From positions 124,001 to 188,000 of the forward strand of contig NW_026782025.1 of assembly GCF_031769215.1 (NCBI RefSeq): DNA of 64,000 bases, given 5' to 3'. The position numbers and the translations under genes are program-made. Positions 1-14,109 of this stretch are shown piece after piece. The stretch is from Ylistrum balloti (Eukaryota). Each line of letters starts with the position of its first letter. Position 1 is the stretch's first letter. Below the pieces are notes generated by a model. The model made no database searches. It saw only the letters and a list, made by a program, of their open reading frames with translations, and had not been told where the DNA came from.

Positions 1-3000
1 TTGGTAAATGTTTTATGGTATTTTTCATATCACCCAAACAATTCTTTACCAAGTACTCCATGTCATATTCCATTACCATTGAAATGCATGGCAACAACAT
101 TCCAATAGAGTCTTTGAAAAATGAGCGTTGCTACTTCATTTTTAGCATAGTATATTATTAAAGAAGGACTAGGATTGCAACACCTGATATGTGTAACACA
201 GTTAACATCATGGCCAATGTTTACGGTACAACAGTTAATTTTTGTTCTATAATCCAATTTCATCATTCATCTATTACAGTACGTATATGTACTGATTCTT
301 CAATTCTTAACTTATTATAAACGGATTTGGTACTCAGACATAACATAAACATTTTTATATTGAAATTTGTCCCAACTCAATTAGCTCGACGTTTTAATTC
401 AGCTTCTTCGGAATAAGATTCAGAGCAAAGCTTAGAATAAACACACGAATTCATCTTAAAGGGATCCAAAAATACAAGAAGTTTAATAATCAATTATAAT
501 CTAATTGTTTGTTTTATGTTTATTCCAAGAGAATGATTTATTATGCTGTTTGTCTATTTTTCCCTGATCCTTAGTATCAAATTTACCTGTTAGTTAGTAC
601 CTGATGGACGTTGTAATCGACTAAAGTTTGGGTGTAGACCGACGAAGCATACTTTCACCTATCTAAGAATCTACTCTATTTGACTGCCGACTTTCTCTAA
701 TCGAGTCATCTAGAGTTGACTGCCGACCTTTCCCTTCTTTAGTACTGATCCCATGATTTCGATATCGGTCATCGTAGCTGACTTTCTCCGGTCCCAATTT
801 AACTATCACTTTTCCATCAGTTATTGCAGCTTACTTTCTCCACTCTCAAGTATCGTACATTTTTGTCGTTGTCTTTCTCTAATCCCAGGCGCGTTGCATT
901 TGGTTGTCGGCCATTGTCATGGACTTTTTTCTCTACCACCTGACAATTGACTGTCAGTCGTTGTAGCAGAACTTTCCATTTCTCCAGCACCTGACTATTG
1001 ACTGCCATATATTTCTACCAACTTTCGCCAATTCCTATCACCTAGCAGTTGGTTGTCGGCTGTCGTAGGTGACTTTCTCCGATCTCCAGCACCTGAAAGT
1101 GTTAGCTGTCTGTTGTTGGAGTTTACTTTCTTTGTTCCTGACTGCATAATTACTTGCCATCGATTGAGTCTAATATTTGCTTTTTCTCACTTTCTGACAT
1201 TTTATGATCATGTATGTACTGCCTTTATCGTATTTCATCAAAGTCATACATTGTAACTAGCTGTTGATTTTCGTTATTCTTATCATCTGACAAATGGCTT
1301 TCTCTAATATATGGCGAATCGTTAATGTACATTTTTCAAGATGTATTTTCCAAGAAATAAATTAATGTTTAAGATTTATTTTGCATAAATGAAAATTGAC
1401 ATATTTCAAAATGATGATAGTCTGCCTTCATCAATCATGTACAACACAATGAGAATATTTGGAAATGCCGTGCCCTCTGGTATTAAAAGATCCGATTATA
1501 AACATACCTGTTTTCGCTTATCTTGAAATTCTTGGTACGAATTGCCGTCTTAGTTTACAACTTCTGATCTAAAAAGGTTCGTCTATTACTTCGAGGGGTT
1601 TTTTTCTAGACGCGGATTCACATTAACAGGACACAAATTTTCCAAAATATTTTCAAACGAGGTATCTAAAAGGAGTAATCGGGAACACAAAATTGAAAAG
1701 GAAAGAAAAAATTGTTAAGGTTTCCTCATTCACCAACTTTGGTCCTGTTCTGTTGCTATATTCTGTATAAAAAACAGTGTTTTTGTAATTAATTATCCGT
1801 GCTCGGTTTCCCTGCTTAACGCAAACATCATCCCGAATTTAATGCATCCACACGGAGTCACGGATTCGTACTTAACATAGGCAACCTGTACCGTTCTCGT
1901 TTTATTCTTGTTTCATTACCATTGCAAAGCCCAAAAACTACCTTAGACGGACATTGATGTACCGGAGGATAATCTAGTGTTATTGAACGACATGTCCTTA
2001 GTCATAAACCGCAGCATACGTAAATAAATGGATGCACTTTTTAAACGTATTCTCCACGCATTTTTATGAAATGCTACGTTAGGTTTAATGTAACTTTGCA
2101 CGCTTATCTGTAGTAGCATAACACAGACTCCCATACCCGTATAGTATGGCTTTTGGTGGCCACTTGATAAACATAGAGATCTGTAAATTCATAACAATGA
2201 AATTGAAACAGAGGTACTTATTAATCCTATTGCCTTCGCTAGGATTCGGAACCCCTAATTTACTAGTCTGACACTCAACACCTCATGTTAAAGAGAAATT
2301 CTCTATAGCTTTGCTGTATATCACGGCTAGTATTTACCGGGGTTACATATTAATAGCTGATATTTGTTGAGGAGATCTAACAAGGCAAGACTAATTGTTT
2401 ACGTCTGAGACAATGACTCCTGTCCAAGGTGCGGTCATTTTTATTAGGTTTGTTCTTTTTATAAACTTTAGTCAAGAATCTCACAAAAAGTATCAAATTA
2501 TTTAGTTTGGAAAATAATAAAACTTGCCATTACGGCAACACGTATTTGTTAACCTTACATATATATGTAGCTCTCAAAATCCCACGAAGGAAAACTTGTC
2601 AGTGTTGTGATAGATGCATGTAGATCAAATATAGTATTTGTACAGTGTTCAGTTGGCAGACGACGCAAAACCTCTGTCTGTCGTCACTCTCGTGATTCTT
2701 GACATTTGGTTGGTAACAAAGAGCCAGATACTCTCAAATCCTAAGGCGGCACACCAGCTTAAAGTAGCTCTTTTAAAGACTTTGCGCTATGATAAATGTC
2801 AAATGCTATAAAGTGCTTACGATGGGTATCGATTTTATATCAAATTTATGTAAGTCTCCCTATATCATATGCGTTATATATGGGTGATAACACTTGAATA
2901 CGCATTAAAAAGGGTACACTGAAACCTCATTATAAACACCGCCTTGAAGACTGGACGAACGCGGTTTGAATAGTTGGATGGTCTAAACAATGAGTATAAC

Positions 3001-3853
3001 CATTCAGACAGACTTTCGTTATGACTTCTTTTGTCCACCTTAATAAATAGAACTAATTGATCAGACACCTGGCAGATTTATACAGTTGAATACGCACTAG
3101 GTGACTAATTAGCTGTTCAGAGGTATGTTTAATAAGGGAAACTTCGATGCAAAACTGATCTTTTAGACCTTTTAAAAACTTGTCTTTATTTTAAGGTAGG
3201 CTTTTAATAGGCTTTTTATAATGCTTTTATAATATTGAATGCAAAAGGAAATTTTAAGACTGAACACTACGTCATCCATGGAAAGCTAATCAGGCAGATT
3301 GAAATAGGACGAACGGAGTGTAATGTATAAAGTCACTATATTTATACACCACTAGACAATACCAGATAATCTTTTGAAGACAGTTCAACGTCTTGGTAAT
3401 GTGTATTGGTTTTTTCGGTTGTTTTATGAACTCTCTCAGGAACCAACACTAAGAGAACCTTTTTTCTTTAATCTCATGGCATTTTATTTGTTTCAACTTT
3501 AGTAGAGTTAATGTTCTCGTAAACGTTTAGATTAATTATCAAAGCCAAAGTGACGAGTGAATGAAGGAGAAAAGACCCGGTTTAATACGTTCCTCAATCC
3601 ACAGTGTTAAATATAATTGTTTGTCATATAGAATAATCACAATTTGAACATTGCTGGCATTATCAAATTGTCTGATCGTCTTTTCATCTCATTCTAAATG
3701 ACGGTTGCCAATTTGGACCTATGTAGTTTTGTCAAAATGGGTGCAGCTATTAACTTGATTCACAATTAACCCCTATTTTACTCCAGGTCAAGTACGTGTC
3801 GACCACGTGCCCTAATGTGAAAGGTCTCACAAGATCTTATTAACATCTTACTT

Positions 3854-4080
3854 GGGTGGTTGGTTGACGCAATGGTAGCACAATCGCCTTTTTCCATGAC
3901 TTCCTGGCTTCAATTTCTCGAACGGACGTGAAAAGTTAGGGGGTTTCCTGCCTGTCCACGTCAGGTTCTTTACCTGGGTACTCCGCTTGCCATTCGCAGT
4001 AAGATTCTTCATGCGCTTCAATCTAGGCAAATAACACTGATCGATATAAGTAAGATAACTTGTAACCTAAATAAAGTTGA
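3854..4080 (+). mobile_element. Degenerate tRNA-derived SINE
   Basis: A-box-like TGGTTGACGCAATGG near 3861-3875 and B-box-like GGCTTCAATTTC at 3906-3917. The body motif GGTTCTTTACCTGGGTACTCCGCTTGCC resembles the GGGTACTCCGGTTTCC core of invertebrate SINEs. AATAAAGTT tail near 4070. Confidence 0.5.
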
Positions 4081-5459
4081 TATTCATATCTTATCTGTTC
4101 CACATACATAGTAAATACCATATTTTGTTTGAATTATCCTTGATGAACGAACTGGACAAAGTTTTGGTCGTTGTATGACGTCTCGGTCATACAACTGCAT
4201 TAATTAGCAACCAAGCATTGGTAAGAATATTTGATATGTAATTATCAATGTTATTCCAACCAACTTCTCTTGAAATGATTATAATGTTTGATGATGTTTA
4301 ATTCATTAATTGTCTATAATATGTGTGTCTTTTGTACAATGAGTATAATACATCAAATCGGCCATTTTGTTATGTTCTTGAAACGTTTTGATATAGTTTT
4401 AGTATTACATTGTACAATTTCAGCTCTTCAGAAGTGGTGTCAAATATCTGACTAATGATATAACATTACTTGGATTTTTGCAGACAAATTATAATGTTGC
4501 TTCATTTCACTTGTCCTACCGTTTCTTTCACGAGAAATCCATGTTATTGCTGTTTTAAACACGTTGTTTACCCGTCACGTGTCGCAACACTGTGTCGCTA
4601 CCCCTACCGTCCTGTAGTCAGTTTTGAGTTGGCTTGTTTCCAATTGACAGTGAAATGTGCTATAATAATAAAAAAAATCGTGATGTCTCATTTCCGGACA
4701 GGTCGATACGATGCCATGTATTTTTACATGGTAATTTTGATGGATATATTTTCTGGCAGACAAATGAATTTTTTTTTCTTTAACTCTCGTGATGTTTTAC
4801 TGTTTCCGGTTTTTGGGTTTTTTTTTTTTTTTTTCGTTTTTTATTCAATAATCAGTTTTGAAAGATTTTTCATTTCATTTTCTTTTCAAAGCATTGATAT
4901 TTCTGAACTATGAGTTAATCATATTTGTATAATTGCTTAGAACTGCAATGGGATGGTTTAAATAGAATTGTTTATCGTATATTTGTACTACTTTATACAC
5001 ATAATGCTTTGCGGCAAAATAAGATGGAGAACTATATTGTTTTGAACCTTGATACATCAGAAAGAGAGTTCCCCACATCACCAAGCGGATGTATGCATTA
5101 GACACCAAAAGTCAAGTAAGTCACGTTTTTTTCCGTTTTGATGAGGGTATTGTCGATAATAAAAGCCTGCAGAATGCACAGAAATCGTTTCAATACAGTT
5201 TTACAAGGAAATAAGTATTTCGCGGGCCAATAGGTCGTGTATTCTATGAAACTAGATTATGTACTCTCAATATAATCAGATATATGCTTTACTTTGCCGT
5301 ATGCCTCTATTTAAGTGGGTTTTTTTCCTTGTCGCCAAGCATCTTGTTTTCTATATTTTCATTGTTAGTTTGGTCTTTGAATCAGAAGTCTATGATATTA
5401 CAGATTCTAGCAAGCATATCTTTGAATTTCTCTATCCCGCTCTTACTCACTCTTCTGAA

Positions 5460-6090
5460 GTCATATATCCTTTATACTCTTAATATTTGTGAATGATATC
5501 ACTGATATCTTTTGAAAGAAATGCGATGTCTAACNNNNNNNNNNNNNNNNNNNNNNNNNNNNNNNNNNNNNNNNNNNNNNNNNNNNNNNNNNNNNNNNNN
5601 NNNNNNNNNNNNNNNNNNNNNNNNNNNNNNNNNNNNNNNNNNNNNNNNNNNNNNNNNNNNNNNNNNNNNNNNNNNNNNNNNNNNNNNNNNNNNNNNNNNN
5701 NNNNNNNNNNNNNNNNNNNNNNNNNNNNNNNNNNNNNNNNNNNNNNNNNNNNNNNNNNNNNNNNNNNNNNNNNNNNNNNNNNNNNNNNNNNNNNNNNNNN
5801 NNNNNNNNNNNNNNNNNNNNNNNNNNNNNNNNNNNNNNNNNNNNNNNNNNNNNNNNNNNNNNNNNNNNNNNNNNNNNNNNNNNNNNNNNNNNNNNNNNNN
5901 NNNNNNNNNNNNNNNNNNNNNNNNNNNNNNNNNNNNNNNNNNNNNNNNNNNNNTTTGTTATTATATCATACTGTCTGCCACCTTGTAAATATAATGTGTG
6001 TATTAATATGTTTGGAAACGGCTTTATATAAGCTGTAAAACTTGTGCCCAATCCTATTTCAACTGATGTGCAATAAAGTATGTTTAAATC
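5460..6090 (+). mobile_element. LINE fragment spanning the gap (RT motif before the gap, family 3' tail after it)
   Basis: Before the gap one frame reads LLIFVNDITDIF (compare LFLIYINDIADV in the 10.4-13.6 kb LINE). After the gap, AAGCTGTAAAACTTGTGCCCAATCC...GCAATAAAGTATGTTTAAATC matches the LINE tail AAGTTGTAATAACTTGTGCCCAATTCC...GCAATAAAATATGTTTAAACT. Confidence 0.6.
5535..5953. other. Assembly gap (419 N)
   Basis: Run of N directly visible. Confidence 1.
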
Positions 6091-6619
6091 AGACGTGATA
6101 TTACTTTCCTTTTCTCGCGATATCACCGCTGAATTTATAATCTGCTGTTCGAATAGTCGTATCCATCTACATTGAATGCGAGGAAAGAAAAAAGAAAAAA
6201 AAAACCACCAAATCTTGACTTCAACACAAATGCAAATTACATCGTACGTCAGTAGTCCCGATATATTCGAAAATTCAACTTTTCGTTACTGTCTGATCGA
6301 ATTTTATAGCATAACAGGACTAATGGACTTCAATATGGAGATGAACGTCGGTTCTGCAAACTCTATGATGCGGAAAGCCAACTTATCTTTTGTCCAAGGA
6401 GCAAGGTCGGTCCATATTTTATTTCAGATATATAAGATATGATAAATTCTAAAGTATATGAAATATTTTATAGACAATAATTGTAATATATAAGATATAT
6501 TACATAAAAGATACATGATATATTACATGAAGTATCATATTAAGAAATTTCACCAGTTGATATATGAGACATACCATATGTTGCATCAGATAACTCAGTG
6601 TATTTTCTGTAACATACAT

Positions 6620-6735
6620 CTTGATTTGATTGTTTGATTTAAACATATTTTATTGCATATAAATATACATAAAGGATTGGGCAAAAGTTTTCCAACTTAT
6701 ACTAAGCCCGTTCCAAGTAATTAGTATTTAATATA
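6620..6735 (-). mobile_element. LINE 3' tail copy, inverted orientation
   Basis: The reverse complement reads TTGGAACGGGCTTAGTATAAGTTGGAAAACTTTTGCCCAATCC...GCAATAAAATATGTTTAAATCAAACAATCAAATC. This is homologous to the tails at 6010-6090 and 13555-13641. Very degenerate coding-like sequence may extend to about 7400. Confidence 0.7.
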
Positions 6736-8015
6736 AATGTTGATGATGGCCTATTGTGACATGACATCATCCGAAGTCTCGTATTATATAAGATATTTTA
6801 AATAGGACTATGTCAAACCGTAAAATTTTCGAGAACTGTAACAAGTTAGTTAAATGTATCTCTGAGCAAATTATACTGATCTTTTAACATAAATAGAATA
6901 GACTTTTATTGTGCCACATGGCCAATAATACGTTCTGAAGATATATAATTGTGTCTCTCAATACATTTAGGACATCGTCGAACAGCATGTTCCTTTCGTC
7001 ATCGAGGTCATTTTTCGAAGGGCTCCAAATGTTTCATGTAGAGACTTAAATCGATGCCACTAAATCTCATTCTATATATGGCATCTCACATAGAAACGAT
7101 ATTTCAGTTATATAACTTATCTTATATATATATATATACTTGGTGGAACATAAAATTGACATTGCACTTTGAATACATGAAGTTGGTTTGTCCGACTATG
7201 ACCAACTAATCTGGAATTGCATGGTAGTAAAGAAATATAATTAGGATGAAGACGACATGTCTGTCTAACACAGTCATATTTACTACAAAATCTCCTGAAT
7301 ATATACACTGAATAAAGATCACTATCCAGCCCCGGGTATATATCTGAGATCCATGCCCTGGGGATCAACTTTACATAAGAAAACGGGTAACACGTGGCAA
7401 TCAATAAAACAATCCCTCTTTCTGTGGATAGCCTCAGAGTTGTAGATTAACTAAAGGTTATTGAATCATTCCCAAGTATCTACCTGATATACTGAACAAT
7501 GACACGTTTTACGTCGTTTTACATTTGCAGGAATGGTGTAGGATGCACTGGGTTCTTGGGAAAAGAGTTGCCGACTAAAATCCCTTGATCATTCAATTCC
7601 TATAATGTTGTCTCAAAGGCACAGTTCAATAAAATAGCATTACGTCAACAACGTACTTATAGTCAGACCCGGATGAATTAGCTGAAGTGATATAAACGTC
7701 AACGTCTGCTGGGACAGTGAATATATACCTACCAGCTGAGCCATGCCCTGCGCTTAAACGCGTTTTTTTTCTCATGATAAGATCCTATACTGATAAGAAA
7801 ACCAAGAGGACGAACTTTAAAATTTGACTGCTTCAAATCAATGACTAGTGAATAGCAAAGTTCTTAACAGATGATGCATAGAAAATGAACGAATGGCTGG
7901 TTAATTGATTAATTGATTAATGAATTAATTAATTTATCAATCAATCAATAACAGATACATGATGAAGTGATGAACTGGTAAATAAGGATGACTTACTATC
8001 TACAAATATCAGATG

Positions 8016-8290
8016 AAAAAAGAGGCACATATGGCCTGTATCACCCAACTAGACTCTTAAATCCTAGAAACGGTAAACATGACAATATGTTTGGTATTTC
8101 AATTATTTTCAAATTAAAGCTCAGTTATCTAACCTGACCAAATTTGGTCAAAATAGTGATTTGTAGAAAATTGTTGACGGACGGACATCGTCAAAATTCC
8201 CTCAGTCGTTTATGGCTAGTAGTCATTTGTAGGAAAATGTTGACGGACGGGCGTCGGAACATGGACGACTGAATCCGCTGTATCCTTATA
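8016..8290 (+). mobile_element. Possible Helentron-associated non-autonomous element (HINE/CvA-like) remnant
   Basis: Begins AAAAAAGAGGCACATATGGCC, similar to the AACAAGAGGCCCATGGGCC termini I recall for bivalve HINEs. Contains two TGTTGACGGACGG units, like the ACGG microsatellite of those elements. The family assignment is from recollection only. Confidence 0.35.
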
Positions 8291-10404
8291 GATAACTTGG
8301 CCCTTGGACCAATAACATATGACTGACACACTTCGCTGATCAGTAAGATTACCGTCAAGCTATAGAGTTTATATAATGGTCCAACCAATGGCAAAATTCC
8401 ATTAAGGTCCAGAATGTCCATGAACAATGTACGTTTAAATGTATTAAAACGAAAAAAAAAAAAAAAAAAAAAAGTAATTGACAAGCTGATTGACATGAAA
8501 ACGACGACTGGTGATAATGGACCTAGATGTACATATATTAGATATACTTTTTATGATAGCTAAAATAGCGAATTTTGAAAAACTAAAAAAAAATATAGAT
8601 ACATAACTGCCGAGTCATTGTAGATTTAAAGAAAATCCGAGCAATGCCTTACTCTAACAAATTTAACTGTCGTACTGTAGATCATTGTAAAACAGAAAAA
8701 TGATGAACAATGTCCAAGTTCCGACCCACACAAATTAACTACTGAACACATATATATACGTCACCGGCGAATTTAAAACAAATGGAGAACAATGCATAAC
8801 GGACGATCTATAAATACACGTGTCATTTTTTTAAATGGTCGCCATAGTTACAACGATTTAAGATTAAAGACAGGTCTCTAAAATTTCGTGTTTTTCATTT
8901 CATGTAGAGAGGAATTCAAACTGTATCAACCAAACATCAATAGAAAATAAGCTCCATGTAAAAACAGGATTAAGTAAAACCGTCTACTAAGGATTCATAC
9001 AAACGACACACGAGTAAATAGCAGCTTTCAATACAAAGATAGAGTCAAAATACAGAAGCACTAATAAACTAGACTGTAAGATACAGCTGATTTTTCCTTC
9101 TGGGACTCGGCAATGTGTTGAAACCTCGAGGGTGGCTCGGGAAAATTAACATCGGCCGAAACAAATATCAAAATGTACATGAGAAGGTGTACTAGCCATG
9201 CGATTCGATAAATAATATCATTTAAAATGACATAAACCCAAATATCACCACTTCAACTTTGAAATGGTGCATTTTTTACATAGTAAAACTCGATAACTCA
9301 TGTATAACATGGTCGTTTGACGTGCTAGGGGCGGTAACTCTAACATATGACTATTATTATTCACATTAATAACAGTATCAGATTATTTTTCCCACTCTTC
9401 GTTTTCTCAACCTTTAATCATCGTGAATGACCGGGAGAAAAAAAAGCAAAATATCGATTTCCAAACAAAGCCATATTCATTAAAAAAATCATATTTCAAT
9501 GAAGGCAAACAGTTGTTCTGGAAGTGTTAAGGTATATCGTCCGCTTCGAAGGCAACACCCGCAATGTAAATTTTGGAGAAAATAATAATTAAAAAAATAA
9601 TAAAACGGCAACATTGTTAGACATACTATGACGTTGCATCAGAATATTAATATAATTCTTAATACGATCATGATTGCCTTTCTAAAATCTTGTTCTTGTC
9701 GCCCAAACATTCATTTCAAAATTACTTGTTGCAAGTTAGACGTAAGTTCAGCTTCCGATATATGTTACTGAAATTTTGACCATGAGAAGAAATCCTATAG
9801 CCAGCAGTCCGTCAACACAACTGCTGACCATGCAGTATTATGGTAACTCAAGGCTTGGTTGGAGATAATTAGTGGTTAGCGGGTATGATCCGTTATCGAT
9901 CGTTCTCCGAATACGAGATTAAGTGCCATACGAAGGCTTGGAACTTATGAGCATTGGGGTGTATCGGAATGCACGCAAGCGCTCGCTTTGTCATTTCTCT
10001 CACTTTGTGATACCTCTAATTTGCGCTCCAGCAAAATTTTTAAAACTCGTATCGTATGTCCTTTCATAAGTCTGTAGACAACAGTTTACAATCATCCTCG
10101 GTCCCACTATCGCTTATTTACGCACTAGTGCGATTTTTACCTGGGGTTTATTTTAAACAAATCTACTTTGCATATATAACGAGCCATTTCATTTTTCCAC
10201 TTCATCAATGTCGAAAGTTTCGATGCCCTTAAACCGGAGACCAGGTAGACAGATTGTGAATAGAAAATCTGATGAGTTTTTATTATGAAAAAAGGGTATT
10301 TTCTTTGCCTCAAACCATTAATGTAATTTCCATATTAAAACTTTGAAGAAAAGATAATTTCTATACGTTTACCAGATCGGCGGAAGTACGCGGTCCGTAA
10401 AGCG

Positions 10405-13400
10405 GATGATCAGATACCTACAGATGATTTACTTATAGCTGGATTTCATGAACCTTTTCGACTTGATAGGAATTTTGCTGGTGGAGGTGTTTTGGTCTAC
10501 ATAAACGATCTTCTAAAAGTAAACCGCTTACCGGAGTTAGAATTTCCTGGGGATGAGGTAATTTGGATTAAAATCACACTAACCAATTCGTCTTTCATCA
10601 TAGGTACAGCATATAGTCCAGAAAATTCTGTGTTACCCTTTTGGGACAATGTGCGTACATCTATTAGTAATGCTTTAGACACAACACCAAATATAATAGT
10701 AACTGGTGATTTAAATGTCGACTTATTAACTGCATCTCCTAACCATTATCTTTTCGAAATTATAACTTATTTTAGTATGATTAATGTCATAAACGAACCA
10801 ACTCGTACTGGACCAACTCGATCCAGCCTTCTGGATCCCATTCTCTTAACTCTTCTAATCTCTAAAGTCTATTTCTTGTGTTGATTCTTCTATCATACCA
10901 GTTGATAAATCCTTCAGTGATCATGATAGCTGTACTGCTTGCATTAATCTTCCATGTGCTTTTAGATCTATTTATAAGCGTAAAATCTGGATGTATAAAA
11001 GGGCTGATTTCCGAACGTTTAATAATCTTATTTCTAATTATAATTGGAATGATCTTTTCCTTAATTGTAACACAATTGATATTGCTTGTGAACGTTTTAC
11101 TAATATTTTTTTAGATTTTGCGAATTCATGCATTCCATCTAAAGTGGTCACTATTAGACCTAATGATAAACCTTGGATGACCTCTGAATTAAGGAAAAAT
11201 TTGAGAATTCGTGATAGGTTACATAAAATCGCGAGGTCAACCAAGCGCCTTTCGGATGTTAATAAATTTAAGTCTCAACGAAATAAGGTTAACAACATGA
11301 AAAACCACGCCCGTTTATTATTTTATGAGAATGTTCATGGTATAATTGAAGAATTTGTGTCGTCTGATCCAAAATCTTATTGGAGACTTATTAAAAGGTT
11401 AATGAATTCAACTGGAACTTCACAATCTATTCCTTCTCTTGTAGATCCTCATACTAATAATGTTGTTACTAATGATGAAGACAAAGCTAACTTATTAAAT
11501 TAATATTTTTGTAATATTACACAAGTCGATGATAGAAACACTGCAGTTCCTGTAGTTGAGTCTAAAACCAATAAAACGTTTAGTTCTGTAAGAGTAAATA
11601 GAAATGAAATCCGTGATGTTTTACAGATATTGAAGCTCGGAAAGGCCTCGGGTGAGGATGGAATAAGTCATCATATGTTAAGAAATACATCACAAACTGT
11701 TTGTATTCCACTTGAAATTATTTTTAACATGTCCTTATCGTCAGGCATATTTCCAGCCAATTGGAAAGTAGCAAAAGTTATGCCACTGTTTAAAAAAGGT
11801 GACAGGCATTCTCCCTCTAACTATAGACCGATTTCTCTTCTATCTACTGTTGGAAAAGTCTTTAAGCGTGTTATTTTCAAACATCTACATAATTATTTCG
11901 TTGAAAATTCATTGTTTTATAAACATCAGTCTGGCTTTATGCATGCGCATTCTACTGTATATCAGCTCATTGAAATTGATCACAATATTTGTATTGCTAT
12001 TGAAGAGAAAAAACACGTATGTATGGTTTTCTGTGATATTTCTAAAGCATTCGATCGTGTTTGGCATAACGGTTTGATGGTAAAACTAAAATCGTACGGA
12101 CTTTGTGGTGAGCTATTTACGTGGCTAGAAAACTATGTATTTAATAGGCAGCAGAAAGTTTTCCTAGTGTTTGTTCTCAATTAGGTTCAAACTCAGCAGG
12201 GTTCCTCAAGGTTCCATTCTTGGACCACTTTTGTTTCTTATATACATAAATGATATTGCCGATGTGCTTGAATCATCTGCTCGCCTTTTTGCAGACGACA
12301 CTTCTTTATTAAAGTCTTCCTCATCATGTCTTGAAATCCAAACTGTCTTAAATAGGGATCTTGATTCTTTAAACTTTTGGGCTAAAACTTGGTTGGTTAC
12401 TTTCAATCTAGATAAAACTGAGGTAATATTTGTTTCTTATTCGATTGACATAGATGATGATTTAGACCTGAAGTTAGATGGGAAAGATTTGAATTTTACT
12501 GATCATCATAGGCATTTGGGGGTAAATTTTAACTCTAGCGCAAAATGGGGGGGATCATATCAATGCTACATATATGTCTGTTATGAAGAAAATCAATGTT
12601 TTAAGAAGGTTGAAATATTTGTTAAATAGAAATAGTCTCCTAAAAATTTACAAAGCTTTTATTTTACCAATTTTAGAGTATGCGTGTGAATTGTGGGACG
12701 GTTGCACTAATACTGAATCAGATAAATTAGAGAAAGCCCAAAGAGAAGCTGCTCGTATTATAACTGGCCTTCCTTCTTATGCATGTATAGAAAATTTACA
12801 TTTTGAAACTGGTTTAGATACACTTTCGAATCGTCGAAAACGAAGAAAACTTCAACTTTTATTTAAAATGCATAACAAGCTAACTCCAGATTATTTAAAC
12901 GATATCTTGCCACCTATTGTTGCAGATAATAACCGATACAATCTTAGAAATAACAATGATTATAGAGTTCCTCTATTTGGGCTTTCTCTTACAAACCTCT
13001 CTTTTATACCTTCTATAATTCGTAGCTGGAATTTGTTAGATTTCTAACATTTGTACGGTCACTGCCTTCCATAAATTTGTTTAAAACCTCACTTACTTTA
13101 AATACACAACAATCCCCACCTATTTTAGTTATGGTGAACGGAAGTTAAACATAATACATACTAAACTTAGACACAGTTGTAGTTCCCTTAAATACGATCT
13201 TTATCGAGTAAATCTTGCTGAAAATCCAGTGTGCTCCTGTGGACATCCTTGTGAGAATGCCTTTCACTTCTTCTTCGAGTGTCAAACTTTCAGAAATGAA
13301 AGACACATTTTGTTTCAAAATCTGGCTGAGTTAGAAGTAGATTTGAATTTAGAGCTTCTTTTATTTGGTAATAACGATCTTTCTGAGGACCTAAACTATT

Positions 13401-13641
13401 TTGTCCTTACACATGTGCAAAATTTCATTAAATCCAGCAAAAGGTTTTAAAAGATTCTTATACGATGATGTATTTATGTCTGTGTGTGAATGCTTAATAT
13501 GTATAATTTATGTTTAAGCCTATCTCTTTATAAACATGTATTTGAAAATGTATGTTGGGAGAGGGCTCCAATAAGTTGTAATAACTTGTGCCCAATTCCC
13601 TTGTTCAAATTTATTTTGGCAATAAAATATGTTTAAACTAA
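10405..13641 (+). mobile_element. 5'-truncated non-LTR retrotransposon (CR1/L2 group), disrupted ORF2: APE endonuclease (partial), RT and C-terminal Cys/His motif
   Basis: APE-like PFRLDRNFAGGGVLVYI and IIVTGDLNVD. RT motifs YRPISLLS, VFCDISKAFDRVWH, VPQGSILGPLLFLIYIND and RLFADDT. C-terminal CSCGHPCENAFHFFFEC. About four frameshifts (near 10860, 12180, 12550, 13045) and a stop at 11501-11503. No poly-A tail. Flanked by the direct repeat CCGTAAAGCG at 10395-10404 and 13642-13651. Confidence 0.95.
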
Positions 13642-14109
13642 CCGTAAAGCGTTAAAGTTCCAGCGAACGAGCTGTTCTATATCAAACGGATCACATATGT
13701 ATTCCACATACGTTGTCACAAAGCGCGCATGCCCGACAGAGAGGACGAAAGAGAGAACAAAAGAGAGAAGTATGTATAATTGTTGACTTGTTTAACAGAT
13801 TTTTATATTACCTTCACTCGAGCAGGCTCCCCTGAAATAGTATCGGCGGGTCCAGTAATAGTTTATCATTGGTATAGATTTATTCTTCGGACCGCATAGT
13901 TACTACAAGCAAGGAAGCAATGATAAGTGTCAACAGGATGTCCGCATTGGCAGTGACGGTAATCTTCTAAATTGAAATTGAAACGGTCATTTTTAAGGTC
14001 ACTAGATTTTTGCTTTCTTAAACCGATCCGAATAATTTTGAACTAGTTTACTGATTAAGAAACACTGTTCTAATTTCAAGGTCAAGTGAGTTCCAAAACC
14101 AGATGGTAG

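Noticed and set aside
2170-2340. Minus-strand B-box-like GGTTCCGAATCC (tRNA or SINE head)
   Set aside because: No cloverleaf and no convincing A box; too degenerate to call.
2645-2815. Short frame containing QLADDAK (RT-like)
   Set aside because: Single motif with no other RT signatures nearby; could be chance.
5493-6126. Long ORFs in the track
   Set aside because: Artefacts of translating the N-gap.
7790-7815. Hammerhead-like CTGATAAG...GACGAAC
   Set aside because: The core deviates (CUGAUAA, GAAC) and the stems do not pair.
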